Shown: positions 9,600-20,717 of the stretch, piece after piece
Position numbering within the stretch: the first letter of the stretch is position 1
How the letters are laid out: each line of letters starts with the position of its first letter
Assembly (NCBI RefSeq): GCF_937975875.1
Contig: NZ_CALJSP010000014.1
Span: 1 to 56,572, forward strand
Length of the DNA stretch: 56,572 bases
Direction of reading: 5' to 3'
Origin: Veillonella dispar
GTDB taxonomy: Bacteria > Bacillota > Negativicutes > Veillonellales > Veillonellaceae
Notes under the pieces: model-generated
Told to the model about the DNA's origin: nothing
What the model saw: only the letters and a program-made list of their open reading frames with translations
Databases searched by the model: none
Position numbers and translations under genes: made by a program

Positions 9600-10685
9600 A
9601 TGTCTATAATCAATGTTGTAGGCGCCAAAATTTGGGGTGGTGGCGAACAATATGTATATGATATTTGTAAACAATTACAACAGAGACATAGGACTGCCTA
9701 TATCTTAGTGGACCAATCGAATGAAGATATGCAATCTCGCTATGCTCAAGTGGGCTATGTGATGACGGCCAATCTTTATACCTTGAAGGGTTTTCTATCT
9801 GTTAATGCAGTAGCTAAACAGGTAAAAGCACAAGGGATTGATACGATTGTATGCCACTCTGGTAAATATATCTTATTCTGTATTGCCCTTAAGCAGTTAA
9901 CAGGTGCTAAGTTAGTGTTTATTAAACATAATCTTGTACCTGGTAAAACAGATATGTATCATAGATGGATCAATGCACAAGTGGATGCCTTTGTTTGTGT
10001 ATCTAAACTCGTTTATGACGACCTTATGACGCCTGTTATAAAGGATACTAGCAAATACCATGTTGTATATAATGGTATCGATCCGGACCGATTCCAGTCC
10101 TTTTCAGATGCAGTTCCTATGAAATCCAAGGTTAGAACCTTTGGCTATAGTGCGCGTATTACAGAACGAAAAGGTTTATATCTGATTTTAAGTGCCCTTG
10201 AACAGATTCATCAAAACAATCCAGATGTTCGATTGATTATATCTGGGGCTGGTACAGAGGATCAAATTAAAAAACTAACAGACTATATAGAAGCGCATCA
10301 AATGCATTCTTATGTTGAATTTATAGGCTTTACACGAGATATTGAAGGTTTATATAGATCAATTGATTGTTTACTATTGCCAACAATAACACGGGAGGCC
10401 TTTGGTCTCGTTATCTGTGAGGCGATGTATTGCGGTGTACCAGTCATTACAAGCAGTTCTGGGGCTCAGCGAGAAATCATAGACGATGGAGAATCTGGAT
10501 TTATTGTAGATCCGCTGAACGAACACACATTACAACAGGCTATGGAACATGTGATGAGTGATGATGTAAACTTGCCGAAGATCATCACCAATGCACGACA
10601 TGTTGTAGAGGAACGATTCATGGTTAATCGTGTGGCCCATGAATTAGTTACGATTATAGATAATTTACATTCCACGAATCATTGA
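9600..10685 (+). CDS. GT4 glycosyltransferase
   Basis: GGGEQ, YNGID and EAFGLVICEAM (EX7E) motifs; AGGAGG RBS. Confidence 0.9.
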   Translation: MSIINVVGAKIWGGGEQYVYDICKQLQQRHRTAYILVDQSNEDMQSRYAQVGYVMTANLYTLKGFLSVNAVAKQVKAQGIDTIVCHSGKYILFCIALKQLTGAKLVFIKHNLVPGKTDMYHRWINAQVDAFVCVSKLVYDDLMTPVIKDTSKYHVVYNGIDPDRFQSFSDAVPMKSKVRTFGYSARITERKGLYLILSALEQIHQNNPDVRLIISGAGTEDQIKKLTDYIEAHQMHSYVEFIGFTRDIEGLYRSIDCLLLPTITREAFGLVICEAMYCGVPVITSSSGAQREIIDDGESGFIVDPLNEHTLQQAMEHVMSDDVNLPKIITNARHVVEERFMVNRVAHELVTIIDNLHSTNH

Positions 10686-10721
10686 TATATTTGTAGTTAT
10701 ATGAGTGGATAGGAGTATGAG

Positions 10722-11666
10722 ATGGGATATTTACAAACACAATGGCAGCGAGGCCGTAAGATTTATGGCAAACGTAGTTGGAGGGAAACTAGACGTACTT
10801 TCCTTCATACAATGCGCTCTATCCGCAATAAAGGGGAAATTGAGGCACTAGAGACCTATTTTGCAAACTATACGCCTGATCCAACCTTATTAGACCGTCA
10901 AGTTGGTTTATTTGAGTTAATGACACGATTTTTCTTGTTTAAAAGCTCAACACCACAGGAACGATTAGAGGCTATTGTTAATCATTTTGATTATTTAAAA
11001 GATGTATTTACAGACGAAGCGATTCGTGAAATGTACTCTGTAGATCCAGATAATATTTACGACGATGTTAGTCGTATGAATCGTGGCTTTATCGTATGGG
11101 AATCAGAAGACCTTGATATGGTAGCGCGCTTATATTATGGCCCTGGTCAGCGTAAAGAAGGCTTCTTAACCTTGTTACTAACCTTGGGTAAACAAGGCGT
11201 ATACCATGCTAATTTCCGCTTTGGCAAAGGTTTTAATGGGGAACCTGCTATGTGGATTGGCACAATTCAAGGCTATAAAGATGGTTTAGATAATGCTAAA
11301 ACAGTGACTAAAAAGATGTTTGGATATCGACCAAAAAACTTTATCATGTTCTTATTGCGCCATATTGCAGTCATCTGTAAGGTAGAATCTATTTACGCTG
11401 TTTCTGATGAAGGCTTTTACGCAAATACCCACTTAGTTCGCGGTCACCGTGCTAAGGTAGCTGAGCTAGATCCATTGTGGGAGGAATCTGGCGGTGTTGT
11501 ATGTAGTGATGAACGGTTCTTCAAAATTCCATTAGAGGAATATCGTAAACCCATTGAAGAGATTAAATCACAAAAACGTAGTCAATACAGAAAACGTTAT
11601 GAATTACTCGATCAATATGAACAAGAAATTCAAAATCATGTACGACCATTGTTACGAGTAAAATAA
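10722..11666 (+). CDS. VirK/YbjX (DUF535) family protein
   Basis: KEGFLTL, WIGTIQG, TKKMFGYRPK, WEESGG and IKSQKRSQYRKRY motifs. Confidence 0.85.
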   Translation: MGYLQTQWQRGRKIYGKRSWRETRRTFLHTMRSIRNKGEIEALETYFANYTPDPTLLDRQVGLFELMTRFFLFKSSTPQERLEAIVNHFDYLKDVFTDEAIREMYSVDPDNIYDDVSRMNRGFIVWESEDLDMVARLYYGPGQRKEGFLTLLLTLGKQGVYHANFRFGKGFNGEPAMWIGTIQGYKDGLDNAKTVTKKMFGYRPKNFIMFLLRHIAVICKVESIYAVSDEGFYANTHLVRGHRAKVAELDPLWEESGGVVCSDERFFKIPLEEYRKPIEEIKSQKRSQYRKRYELLDQYEQEIQNHVRPLLRVK

Positions 11667-11773
11667 TATTTATACAGCAAATAGATATTTATAAACTAAA
11701 TAGATATCTATAAAGTATAGATGTTAATATGATAAATAGTAGATTGTAACTATGTAGGGGAAAAGAGGTTAGT

Positions 11774-12985
11774 ATGCAATCTTGGATACTTAAAAATTCT
11801 GAAATGGTACTAACCGTACTTATTTCAGTTATGATATGTACGACACGGTCATCCATGGCATTAGGTAATTTACTATATGGCCTCATTATATTGATGACCT
11901 TAATAACGTGCTGGTATAGGCGACATGAAATCTCCATACCTCAATCGATACGCCAATATGGATGGGCTTATTTAGGCATGTTACTATGCGTATTGCCGTC
12001 CGCATTAATCAGCAATGATATAGCGGTGACTACTAAATATTTCTTTAATATTTGGGTTTGGAAGGTATTAGTCATCGTACCAATTCTGTTATTTATTAAA
12101 AGTTCTCGCAAATTATACGCCATATTATCAGTATTCTTTGTATATATGGGTATCGATGCTGTATCTGCCTTTGCACAGTATCTATTGGGCTATAATTTAG
12201 GTCCAGGAGGTCGTGCAGGTGGTGTTATTCATGGCTCTATGATGGGGCTAGCCATGTTGTTGACATTGGCCTTTCCATTGGCTTTAATTGCTGCTTATGA
12301 TAAAGCATTTCCTTCGTATGTAAGAAAATCTGCTGTATTTTCTTTGCTTGGCATGCTATTAGGCATGTGGGGGAACCAAAGTCGTGGTTCCTGGTTATTT
12401 AATGGCATTAATGGTGCGCTCATTACATTGCGTTATTGCTTTGTAAATATTCGCTATGTATTAGTATTACTTGTAGCTGTTGTAGGTATAGGATATGCAT
12501 TTAGTAGCAATCAAGCCTATGTAGCTCGTTTTGAAAGTACTTTTAATATAAGCACAGATGGTTCAAATTTGGGCCGTATCTATGTATGGGAAGCAGATAA
12601 GCAAATGATTATGGATCATCCTGTAACAGGTGTTGGTCCTGGATTATGGCAAAAAACATATAGAGAACACTATAAATTAAAACAAGAAACTCAAGATCTA
12701 GGCCATTCTCATAATAATCTATTGCAAATAGCTTCTGAATCTGGCATATTAGGCCTCATTGGATTCTTAGGATTTTCATTCTTTATATTCTGTAAATCTT
12801 TAATACATTATGTTAAATCAAGAAACCCTTATGATTTATCAATAATGGTAGGCTTTATTAGCTATTTGTTTTTGTTTGGATCTATAGATTATACATGGGG
12901 AAATTCATCGGGGATCCGCATGTTTTGGATTGTTATGGGCATCATGATTCAATTGAAAATAAATGAGAATCACAAGGCTGTTTAG
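11774..12985 (+). CDS. waaL: O-antigen ligase
   Basis: Multi-TM protein with QSRG, SNLGR..W, HPVTGVGPG and HSHNNLLQ..SESGILG motifs. Confidence 0.8.
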   Translation: MQSWILKNSEMVLTVLISVMICTTRSSMALGNLLYGLIILMTLITCWYRRHEISIPQSIRQYGWAYLGMLLCVLPSALISNDIAVTTKYFFNIWVWKVLVIVPILLFIKSSRKLYAILSVFFVYMGIDAVSAFAQYLLGYNLGPGGRAGGVIHGSMMGLAMLLTLAFPLALIAAYDKAFPSYVRKSAVFSLLGMLLGMWGNQSRGSWLFNGINGALITLRYCFVNIRYVLVLLVAVVGIGYAFSSNQAYVARFESTFNISTDGSNLGRIYVWEADKQMIMDHPVTGVGPGLWQKTYREHYKLKQETQDLGHSHNNLLQIASESGILGLIGFLGFSFFIFCKSLIHYVKSRNPYDLSIMVGFISYLFLFGSIDYTWGNSSGIRMFWIVMGIMIQLKINENHKAV

Positions 12986-13216
12986 GAAATATTTACGCAT
13001 TATTTAATTGGTTTTTATGTCTGATTTAAATAGACTGAGAATCTCCAAAAAACTACATAAAAGATAGCTAAAATCTATGGTTTTTCATAGTTTTAAACTT
13101 TTGAATATGATACAATATAAGTAAATATTGGTACATTGTATTCGTATGTTTTAGAGGTTGTTTTCTTGAAAATTGTATTGAGAAAACAACCTTTTTTTAT
13201 AGTTTGGGGTATTAGT

Positions 13217-14653
13217 ATGAATAGTTATGGATATAATAATCACAACAAGTTGCTTGTTAGTAAATTTATAGTACTTATAGCTGATTATATTTCTATTGTG
13301 CTAGGCACATTAGCAGCTTATCATTTGCGGTTAAATTTGCCATTTTTACCGGTGAGTCCACATTTTAAGGTAGATGAAATCTATGTATATGGCATTATAC
13401 CTCTTGTGTTTCTAGCCATATTACTTCTTAATAATGCATACTCAGTAGTATCTCCTTATTGGGATACGATGAAGAACCTATTCCGCAGTATCACTATTGG
13501 CGTCGTTGTATCTATTGTACTCATGTACACAGGTCATGTAATCAACGATGTATCTCGACTCTTTGTTATCTTTGCCTATTTATTTATGCTACTCTTTATC
13601 TTTAGTAGTCGTTTTATTGTAGGCAAGATTCTCTCAAAGGCAGGATATTTAAATATACCAGTCCTTCTCGTTGGTGCAGGTAAAACAGCAGAGCTCGTAA
13701 AGAAATCCTTAGATCGCATGCCAATTGCTACGTACAAGATTATTGGTTATGTAGATGATAATCCTAAATCCTCTACCATTGCTAAAGAATATCCATGTTT
13801 AGGTGCTTTTTCCGATGTTGAACGAGTTATTAAAGATACAGGTGTACAAACAGTTCTTATTTGTGCACCAGGGTTAGAACCTAAAAAGTTAGTATCTTTG
13901 ATCAATCGATTGCAATTATTGGTAAAACGAGTAGCCTTTGTGCCTGAGTTATTTGGTTTACCAGCAAGTAATATTACGGCTCGGGGCATGATGGAAGAGC
14001 AAGCTGTTGTATTGCGCGTACAAAATAACTTGGCTCGCAAGTCTAACCGCATTATGAAGCGCATATTTGATATTGTAGCTACTGTATGTGGTGGCATCTT
14101 GATTTTGCCAATTTTAGCCATTGTAGCCGTACTGATTTATCTAGATTCTCCAGGGCCTATCGTATTTGGTCATAAGCGCGTTGGCCAAGGTGGTAAAGAG
14201 TTCCCATGCTATAAATTCCGCTCCATGGTGCCGAATGCACAAGAGGCATTAGAGGTATATTTGAAAGAAAATCCTGCAGCCCGTGAGGAATGGGAACGAG
14301 ATTTCAAATTAAAAGATGATCCTCGTGTTACTCGTATTGGTAAATTCCTTCGCAAAACAAGCCTTGATGAATTACCTCAATTGTGGAATGTTCTCGTTGG
14401 CGATATGAGTCTCGTAGGTCCACGTCCTATCGTGCGCGATGAAATCGTGAAATACGGTGAGTATATCAACGACTTTTACCTTGTACCACCAGGGATTACC
14501 GGTGTATGGCAAGTTAGCGGTCGTAGCGATACTACCTATGAAGAGCGTGTATTAATGGACTCTTGGTATGTTCATAACTGGTCCGTGTGGATTGATATTG
14601 TATATCTTTTGAAAACTGTGTTGGCTGTCGTTAAATCGAAAGGGGCCTATTAA
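13217..14653 (+). CDS. wbaP: Undecaprenyl-phosphate galactose phosphotransferase
   Basis: [24 protein letters not shown] and MSLVGPRP motifs; N-terminal TMs. ATG 13217 preferred over TTG 13136. Confidence 0.88.
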   Translation: MNSYGYNNHNKLLVSKFIVLIADYISIVLGTLAAYHLRLNLPFLPVSPHFKVDEIYVYGIIPLVFLAILLLNNAYSVVSPYWDTMKNLFRSITIGVVVSIVLMYTGHVINDVSRLFVIFAYLFMLLFIFSSRFIVGKILSKAGYLNIPVLLVGAGKTAELVKKSLDRMPIATYKIIGYVDDNPKSSTIAKEYPCLGAFSDVERVIKDTGVQTVLICAPGLEPKKLVSLINRLQLLVKRVAFVPELFGLPASNITARGMMEEQAVVLRVQNNLARKSNRIMKRIFDIVATVCGGILILPILAIVAVLIYLDSPGPIVFGHKRVGQGGKEFPCYKFRSMVPNAQEALEVYLKENPAAREEWERDFKLKDDPRVTRIGKFLRKTSLDELPQLWNVLVGDMSLVGPRPIVRDEIVKYGEYINDFYLVPPGITGVWQVSGRSDTTYEERVLMDSWYVHNWSVWIDIVYLLKTVLAVVKSKGAY

Positions 14654-15750
14654 TGAAATACGATTATTTAGTAGTTGGGGCGGGCCCATTTGGTGCTGTA
14701 TTTGCCCATGAGGCGCACAAGCGTGGTAAATCTGTACTTGTTATCGATCGTCGTAATCATATAGCAGGTAATCTGTATTGTGAAAGCAAAGACGATATTA
14801 ACATTCACGTGTATGGTGCGCATATTTTCCATACCTCCTTAAAGCATGTGTGGGATTATGTGAATCAATTTGCTGAGTTCAATCACTATGTAAATAGTCC
14901 TGTAGCGAACTATAAAGGTGAAATGTACAATTTGCCTTTTAATATGAATACATTCTCCAAAATGTGGAATATTCGAACTCCTAAAGAGGCACAGGACATC
15001 ATTACCAAGCAACGATCTGCTATTACAAGTGAACCTAAGAATCTAGAAGAGCAAGCTATTAGCCTTGTAGGTACAGATATTTACGAAAAGCTCATCAAAG
15101 GGTATACAGAAAAACAATGGGGTCGTAAATGTACAGAATTGCCAGCTTTTATTATTAAACGTTTACCTGTGCGTTATACATACGATAACAATTACTTTAA
15201 TGACCGTTTCCAAGGTATTCCTATGGGCGGTTATACCAAGATGATTGAACGCATGTTAGAGGGTATTGAAGTTCGTTTAGGCGTAGACTTCCTCAAACAT
15301 CGTGATGAATATGAAGCCTTGGCAGATACGATCATCTATACAGGTCCTATTGATGAATACTTTGGTTATTCTGAAGGAGTTTTAGAATATCGTGGCCTTC
15401 ACTTTGAAACAGAACGTCTTGAAGAGGAAAATCATCAAGGTGTTGCCGTTGTGAACTATACAGAAGGCGACATTCCGTATACTCGTATCATCGAGCATAA
15501 ACACTTTGAATTTGGTACACAACCTGTTACATATGTAACTAAAGAATATCCAAAAGACTGGAAAATCGGCGAAGAAGCCTATTATCCAGTGAACGATGTA
15601 AAGAATTTAGACCTTTACGCAAAATATGTTAAAAAGGCTGAAACGATTTCCAATGTTATCTTTGGTGGTCGTTTAGGGGAATATAAATATTACGATATGG
15701 ATAAGGTTATTGCTAGTGCCTTGGCATTAGTAGAAAAAGAGTTAGCCTAA
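14653..15750 (+). CDS. glf: UDP-galactopyranose mutase
   Basis: VVGAGPFG, HVYGAHIFHT, GYTEKQWG and GRLGEYKYYDMD motifs. Confidence 0.97.
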   Translation: MKYDYLVVGAGPFGAVFAHEAHKRGKSVLVIDRRNHIAGNLYCESKDDINIHVYGAHIFHTSLKHVWDYVNQFAEFNHYVNSPVANYKGEMYNLPFNMNTFSKMWNIRTPKEAQDIITKQRSAITSEPKNLEEQAISLVGTDIYEKLIKGYTEKQWGRKCTELPAFIIKRLPVRYTYDNNYFNDRFQGIPMGGYTKMIERMLEGIEVRLGVDFLKHRDEYEALADTIIYTGPIDEYFGYSEGVLEYRGLHFETERLEEENHQGVAVVNYTEGDIPYTRIIEHKHFEFGTQPVTYVTKEYPKDWKIGEEAYYPVNDVKNLDLYAKYVKKAETISNVIFGGRLGEYKYYDMDKVIASALALVEKELA

Positions 15751-15807
15751 TTTTTCATATGGTAAGTAGATAGACTTGAGAGACAACACTCATGTAGGAG
15801 AGTACTA

Positions 15808-16566
15808 GTGAATATTAAGATTTTAGTAGCTACACATAAGCAATATTGGATGCCAGAGGATTCTGTATATATGCCAATCCATGTAGGTAGAGAGGGCAAG
15901 GCTGATATTGGTTATACCGGCGATCATACGGGGGATAATATTTCCTCAAAAAATGCAAATTACTGCGAATTGACAGGCCTCTATTGGGCTTGGAAAAACC
16001 TTGATGCGGACTATATCGGCCTTGTTCATTACAGACGATACTTTACACGCAAAGAGGTGCGTTCCGTAGAGGACAAAAAGAATCAAATTCTTACAGGTCC
16101 AGAATGGGAAAAACTACTTTCAGAGTATCCTGTTGTGGTAGCAGATAAGCGTAAATATTATATTGAATCTAACCGTTCTCACTATAATCATGCCCATCAC
16201 AGCGACGGCCTTGATGCGGCAGAGCAAATCATCGCTGAAAAATATCCAGAATATAGCGCTGCTTTCACAAAGGTTTGTAATCGCACATGGGCGCACATGT
16301 TCAATATGTTTGTTATGCGCCGAGACCTATTTGATCAATATTGCGAGTGGATGTTCTCCATCTTGGAAGAGATTGAACATCGCGTCGATATTTCCAATTA
16401 CGATACATACGAAGCTCGCATTTATGGTTTTGTAAGCGAAATCTTGCTCGACGTATGGATTGAAGCTAATAACATCGACTATAAAGAACAAAATGTATCC
16501 TTTATGGAGCCTCAAAATTGGTTGAAAAAAGGTGGCTTATTCTTAAAAAGAAAATTCTTTAAATAA
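15808..16566 (+). CDS. DUF4422 probable galactofuranosyltransferase
   Basis: ATHK, GDNIS, YCELTGLYWAWKN and HYRRYF motifs; adjacent to glf. Confidence 0.85.
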   Translation: MNIKILVATHKQYWMPEDSVYMPIHVGREGKADIGYTGDHTGDNISSKNANYCELTGLYWAWKNLDADYIGLVHYRRYFTRKEVRSVEDKKNQILTGPEWEKLLSEYPVVVADKRKYYIESNRSHYNHAHHSDGLDAAEQIIAEKYPEYSAAFTKVCNRTWAHMFNMFVMRRDLFDQYCEWMFSILEEIEHRVDISNYDTYEARIYGFVSEILLDVWIEANNIDYKEQNVSFMEPQNWLKKGGLFLKRKFFK

Positions 16567-16598
16567 TAGACCTATTTGTATTATGGAGAAATTTTTTG

Positions 16599-17453
16599 AT
16601 GCGAGAAATTGGTTTTTCGGAAATTAAGCGTGTCGCTTTAGATATTTTAAAAGATGTGGCACATTTTTGTGATACACATGATATTCGATATGTATTAGCC
16701 TATGGAACGATGTTGGGGGCTGTTAGACATAAAGGTTTTATTCCATGGGATGATGATATTGATATTATGATGCCACGGGATGATTATAATCGCTTTATTA
16801 AGACATATAATGAGCATAACTCAAGATATCAGGTATTTTCTATTGAAAATGATGACACTTATACCTATACAATGGCAAAGGTATTCGATCAAGAAACAGT
16901 TATGATTGATAATACATTGTGGCGTAATTTTGATAAAGCAGGTGTATTTATAGATATTTTCCCAATTGATGGGTTACCGGATGAAACACAGGCACAACAA
17001 AAAATATTTAGACATCAACAACTTTTAAACTTGTTATTCCATGGGTCTTCTATGAAGTTTACATTTAGTAATCGCTATGTAGACTCTAAAGGTAGCTTTG
17101 CTAAGCTAAAAGGTTATATTCGTACATTCTTGAAATTTGGTGCCATTAGCTTAATGCATTTTTTACCAACTACAAGTTTAATTAAAAAGATTAACCAAGA
17201 TGCACAACAGTATCCATTTTCAGATGCGAAATATATAAGTGTTCTCGTTGACTGTGCAAGTGGTAATAAACGAGAGGTCTATGAAAAGACCTTGTTTGAT
17301 AATAGAAGTTTATATCCTTTTGAGGATACTGAGTTTTGGGGACTTACAGATAGCGATTTCTATTTAAGTCATTTGTACAATAATTATATGGAAGCACCAC
17401 CTGAAGATCGCCAGGTACCGCATCATAACTATAGAGTATATTGGAAACAATAA
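16599..17453 (+). CDS. LicD-family CDP-alcohol phosphotransferase
   Basis: YGTMLGAVRHKGFIPWDDDIDIMMPR and IDIFPID motifs. Confidence 0.92.
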   Translation: MREIGFSEIKRVALDILKDVAHFCDTHDIRYVLAYGTMLGAVRHKGFIPWDDDIDIMMPRDDYNRFIKTYNEHNSRYQVFSIENDDTYTYTMAKVFDQETVMIDNTLWRNFDKAGVFIDIFPIDGLPDETQAQQKIFRHQQLLNLLFHGSSMKFTFSNRYVDSKGSFAKLKGYIRTFLKFGAISLMHFLPTTSLIKKINQDAQQYPFSDAKYISVLVDCASGNKREVYEKTLFDNRSLYPFEDTEFWGLTDSDFYLSHLYNNYMEAPPEDRQVPHHNYRVYWKQ

Positions 17454-17467
17454 GAGGGGATTATATT

Positions 17468-18544
17468 ATGAAACTATTTACAGTAGGACCAACACAAATG
17501 AGAAAGGAAATTCTTGATGTAAGACATCAACAAGTTCCTTATTTTAGAACAGCAGAATTTTCTGAAGTTATGTTAGACTCAGATAAACTGCTCAAAAAGT
17601 TTATGAATGCACCAGAAAGCTATAAATCCATCTACTTAACAGCTTCTGGTACAGGCGCATTAGAAGCTACTATTATGAATTGTATGAATGAAACTGACCA
17701 TGTACTAGTTATTAATGGTGGTACTTTTGGTCAACGTTTCGTTGATTTATGTGAACTCCATGAGATCCCTCATACTGTGATTAAACTAGACGATGGCGAG
17801 GAGTTGACTGCTAAACACTTTGATGCAGTAGAAGAACAATCATTTACCTTTGTTATTGCTAATATTGATGAAACTTCTACAGCACAGTTATATGATATTA
17901 ATTTATTAAGTAGCTTTGCTAAAAAGAAGCAAGCGTACTTGGTGATTGATGCAATTAGTTCATTCTTAATTGATCATTATGATATGGCTGGTAATAATAT
18001 TGATGTTACTATTTTGAGTTCCCAAAAAGGACTTTGTATTGCACCAGGTATATCTCCTATTGTAATTAGTGACAGATTATATGAGGAACGTGTAAAAAAT
18101 AATCACATTAAGAATCTTTATTTTGATTTCAACCAATATATAAAGAACTTTACAAGAGGTCAAACACCATTTACACCTGCTGTTGGGGTATGCTTAGAAA
18201 TGAATAAAGCATTACATTTAATTGAAGAAGAAGGTTTTGAAAACTATTTATCTCGTATTGATAGTGTGGCAAAAGATTTCAGAAATAGAATTAAAGAACT
18301 ACCAGTATCTCTTCCTACTTTTACTATCAGTAATGCGGTTACACCTATTCGTTTTGAACAACCAATTGCTAAAGATGTATTTACAATTTTGAAGGACAAA
18401 TATGATATTTTTGTAAATCCTACGGGTGGGGTCAATGAAGACTTTGTACTACGCGTTGCTCATATTGGTGATACAACGATTGAGGATAATAAAATGCTCG
18501 TAGAAACAATGAAATCAGTCATTAAAGAGATTACAGGTAAATAA
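17468..18544 (+). CDS. Class V PLP enzyme (serine/alanine-glyoxylate or AEP transaminase-like)
   Basis: FTVGPT, SGTGALE, NGGTFG, DAISS and SSQKGL (PLP Lys). Start at ATG 17468 with a GAGGGG RBS. Confidence 0.85.
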   Translation: MKLFTVGPTQMRKEILDVRHQQVPYFRTAEFSEVMLDSDKLLKKFMNAPESYKSIYLTASGTGALEATIMNCMNETDHVLVINGGTFGQRFVDLCELHEIPHTVIKLDDGEELTAKHFDAVEEQSFTFVIANIDETSTAQLYDINLLSSFAKKKQAYLVIDAISSFLIDHYDMAGNNIDVTILSSQKGLCIAPGISPIVISDRLYEERVKNNHIKNLYFDFNQYIKNFTRGQTPFTPAVGVCLEMNKALHLIEEEGFENYLSRIDSVAKDFRNRIKELPVSLPTFTISNAVTPIRFEQPIAKDVFTILKDKYDIFVNPTGGVNEDFVLRVAHIGDTTIEDNKMLVETMKSVIKEITGK

Positions 18545-18545
18545 T

Positions 18546-19880
18546 ATGGTAAAAGTGATAACATATGGAACATATGATTTGTTTCATGAGGGACATTATA
18601 ATCTATTAAAGAATGCAAAAGCATTAGGTGATTATCTTATTGTTGGGGTTACATCCGACTATTTTGATAAATCTAGAGGCAAATTTAATGTTCGTGATTC
18701 TTTAATGACGCGCATAGATAATGTGCGTGCTACAGGTTTTGCAGATGAAATCGTAGTAGAAGAATATTTTGGCCAAAAAATAGATGATATCAAACGTTTT
18801 AATGTAGATATATTTACTGTTGGATCTGATTGGGAAGGCTATTTTGATTATTTAAATGAGTATTGTAAGGTAGTTTATCTACCAAGAACACAAGGTATTT
18901 CTAGTACTCAAATCAGAAATTCCGAGAATGTTAGATTAGGTATTATTGGTAATGAAGTTATTTTGGACAGATTTTTAGATGAGTCTAAATTTGTTAGTGG
19001 TATTGATATTATAGGTGGGTACACAGAGACAGATGAGACTGATACTATCTATAAATCATATCAGTTTAATGATTTAGAGCAATTTTGTTCATCTGAAAAG
19101 TTACTAGATGAGGTAGATGCGGTATATATTAACATGCCTTTATCTAAACGTGGTGCGTATATTGAAAAAGCACTACAAGCTAGAAAACATGTATTAACAG
19201 AATTTCCATTTAGTAGTGACCTTGATGAAACATTACGCTTGATAGAGTTGGCGAAATCTTCCAACTTAGTATTAATGGAAGGCTTAAAAACAGCGTATAG
19301 CCCTGCTTTTAATAAGTTAATTGCCATGGCTCGTAGTGGAAAAATTGGTAAAATCTTTAATGTAGAGGCTAATTTTACACAAGTTTTAGGTGATGATTTG
19401 GCTAATCAAGTTAGAATAGCGGGTGGTAGTATTTTATCTTTAGCATCCTATCCGTTATTGGCTATCTTTAAACTCTTAGGCTTTAATTATAACCGCGTTG
19501 ATTTTATAAGTCATAAGGTTGATGATGTCGATATTTTATCGAAAATTAATTTCCTTTATGATGATGCGATGGCTTCTGCTACAGTGGCTATCAATGCTAA
19601 AGCTGAGGGTGATTTAGTCATATCTGGTTCTAAAGGATATATCTATGTACCTGCACCTTGGTGGAAAACAGAATTCTTTGAAATGCGCTTTGAAGATGTA
19701 AACTTGAATCAAAAGTACTTCTATAAATTTGAAGGTGAAGGCTTACGATATGGAATTGTTGAGTTCTTGAAATGTATTAGAGAGGATTCTGAAAGCTTCT
19801 TGATGAGCCATCAAGATATAATTGAAGAGGTACGCGTCCTCCATAAGTTTGTATCTGATACCGATGTTACTGTAATTTAG
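18546..19880 (+). CDS. Fusion of TagD-like cytidylyltransferase and Gfo/Idh/MocA oxidoreductase
   Basis: GTYDLFHEGH and RTQGISST in the N-terminal ~125 aa; then RLGIIG, ALQARKHVLTE, LMEG and GGSILSLASYPL. Confidence 0.85.
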   Translation: MVKVITYGTYDLFHEGHYNLLKNAKALGDYLIVGVTSDYFDKSRGKFNVRDSLMTRIDNVRATGFADEIVVEEYFGQKIDDIKRFNVDIFTVGSDWEGYFDYLNEYCKVVYLPRTQGISSTQIRNSENVRLGIIGNEVILDRFLDESKFVSGIDIIGGYTETDETDTIYKSYQFNDLEQFCSSEKLLDEVDAVYINMPLSKRGAYIEKALQARKHVLTEFPFSSDLDETLRLIELAKSSNLVLMEGLKTAYSPAFNKLIAMARSGKIGKIFNVEANFTQVLGDDLANQVRIAGGSILSLASYPLLAIFKLLGFNYNRVDFISHKVDDVDILSKINFLYDDAMASATVAINAKAEGDLVISGSKGYIYVPAPWWKTEFFEMRFEDVNLNQKYFYKFEGEGLRYGIVEFLKCIREDSESFLMSHQDIIEEVRVLHKFVSDTDVTVI

Positions 19881-19891
19881 TATGGGATTTG

Positions 19892-20713
19892 ATGAGTATG
19901 CAACAATTATCTTTACGAGAAGTTCAGCTAGAAGAGTTAAATCTTCTCAAGGATTTTGACCAATTTTGCAAAAAATATAATTTAAAATATAGCTTATGTT
20001 ATGGCACATTAATAGGTGCAGCTCGACATAAAGGGTTTATACCTTGGGATGATGATATTGATGTTTGCATGCCAAGACCTGATTATGAACGGTTATTAAC
20101 CTTAAAAGAGCACTACGATCACGATGGATTAGAGCTAATTGCTAATCCTATCAATCATAGTTTGGATGCAACCTATGCGGCTATAATCAATAAAAATATT
20201 CCTTGTGAAAATATATATTCTAATACATTGCGTAGTAAGTATTTGTGGATAGATATTTTTCCTGTTGATGGGTTTAGTGAAGATATGTCTATCATGAAAG
20301 AAATTTATGATAAATCGATTTTTTATCAAAAAATACTTACATTAGCTAGTGCTAAGCTATTTAAGGGTAAATCTCTCATCCATGCTTTAGGCAAATTAGT
20401 TATTGTGCCATTATGCCGTTTATTTGGTAAACAACGTTGTATCGATATTATGGATCGATTGGCTAAATCCTATGATTATATCACCTCAGAGCATGTTGGT
20501 GTAATTGCATGGGGCGAAGGTGTAAAGGAACGATTACCTAAACAAGATTTTGAAAAGATGACTACCATTGAATTTGAAGATCAATCATTCTCTGTTATGT
20601 CTTGTTGGAGAGAATACCTGGACAATATGTATGATGATTATATGCAGATGCCTCCTGAGGACCAACGCTGTGGACATAATATTGTTGCTTATAAGATAGA
20701 GCGAAAGGATTGA
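19892..20713 (+). CDS. Second LicD-family phosphotransferase
   Basis: YGTLIGAARHKGFIPWDDDIDVCMPR and IDIFPVD motifs; exact start uncertain (19889-19898). Confidence 0.9.
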   Translation: MSMQQLSLREVQLEELNLLKDFDQFCKKYNLKYSLCYGTLIGAARHKGFIPWDDDIDVCMPRPDYERLLTLKEHYDHDGLELIANPINHSLDATYAAIINKNIPCENIYSNTLRSKYLWIDIFPVDGFSEDMSIMKEIYDKSIFYQKILTLASAKLFKGKSLIHALGKLVIVPLCRLFGKQRCIDIMDRLAKSYDYITSEHVGVIAWGEGVKERLPKQDFEKMTTIEFEDQSFSVMSCWREYLDNMYDDYMQMPPEDQRCGHNIVAYKIERKD

Positions 20714-20717
20714 GTAT

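Noticed and set aside
17468..19880. Phosphonate (2-AEP) or phosphocholine pathway
   Set aside because: No PEP mutase, phosphonopyruvate decarboxylase or LicA/B/C in the window; genes elsewhere in the genome cannot be excluded
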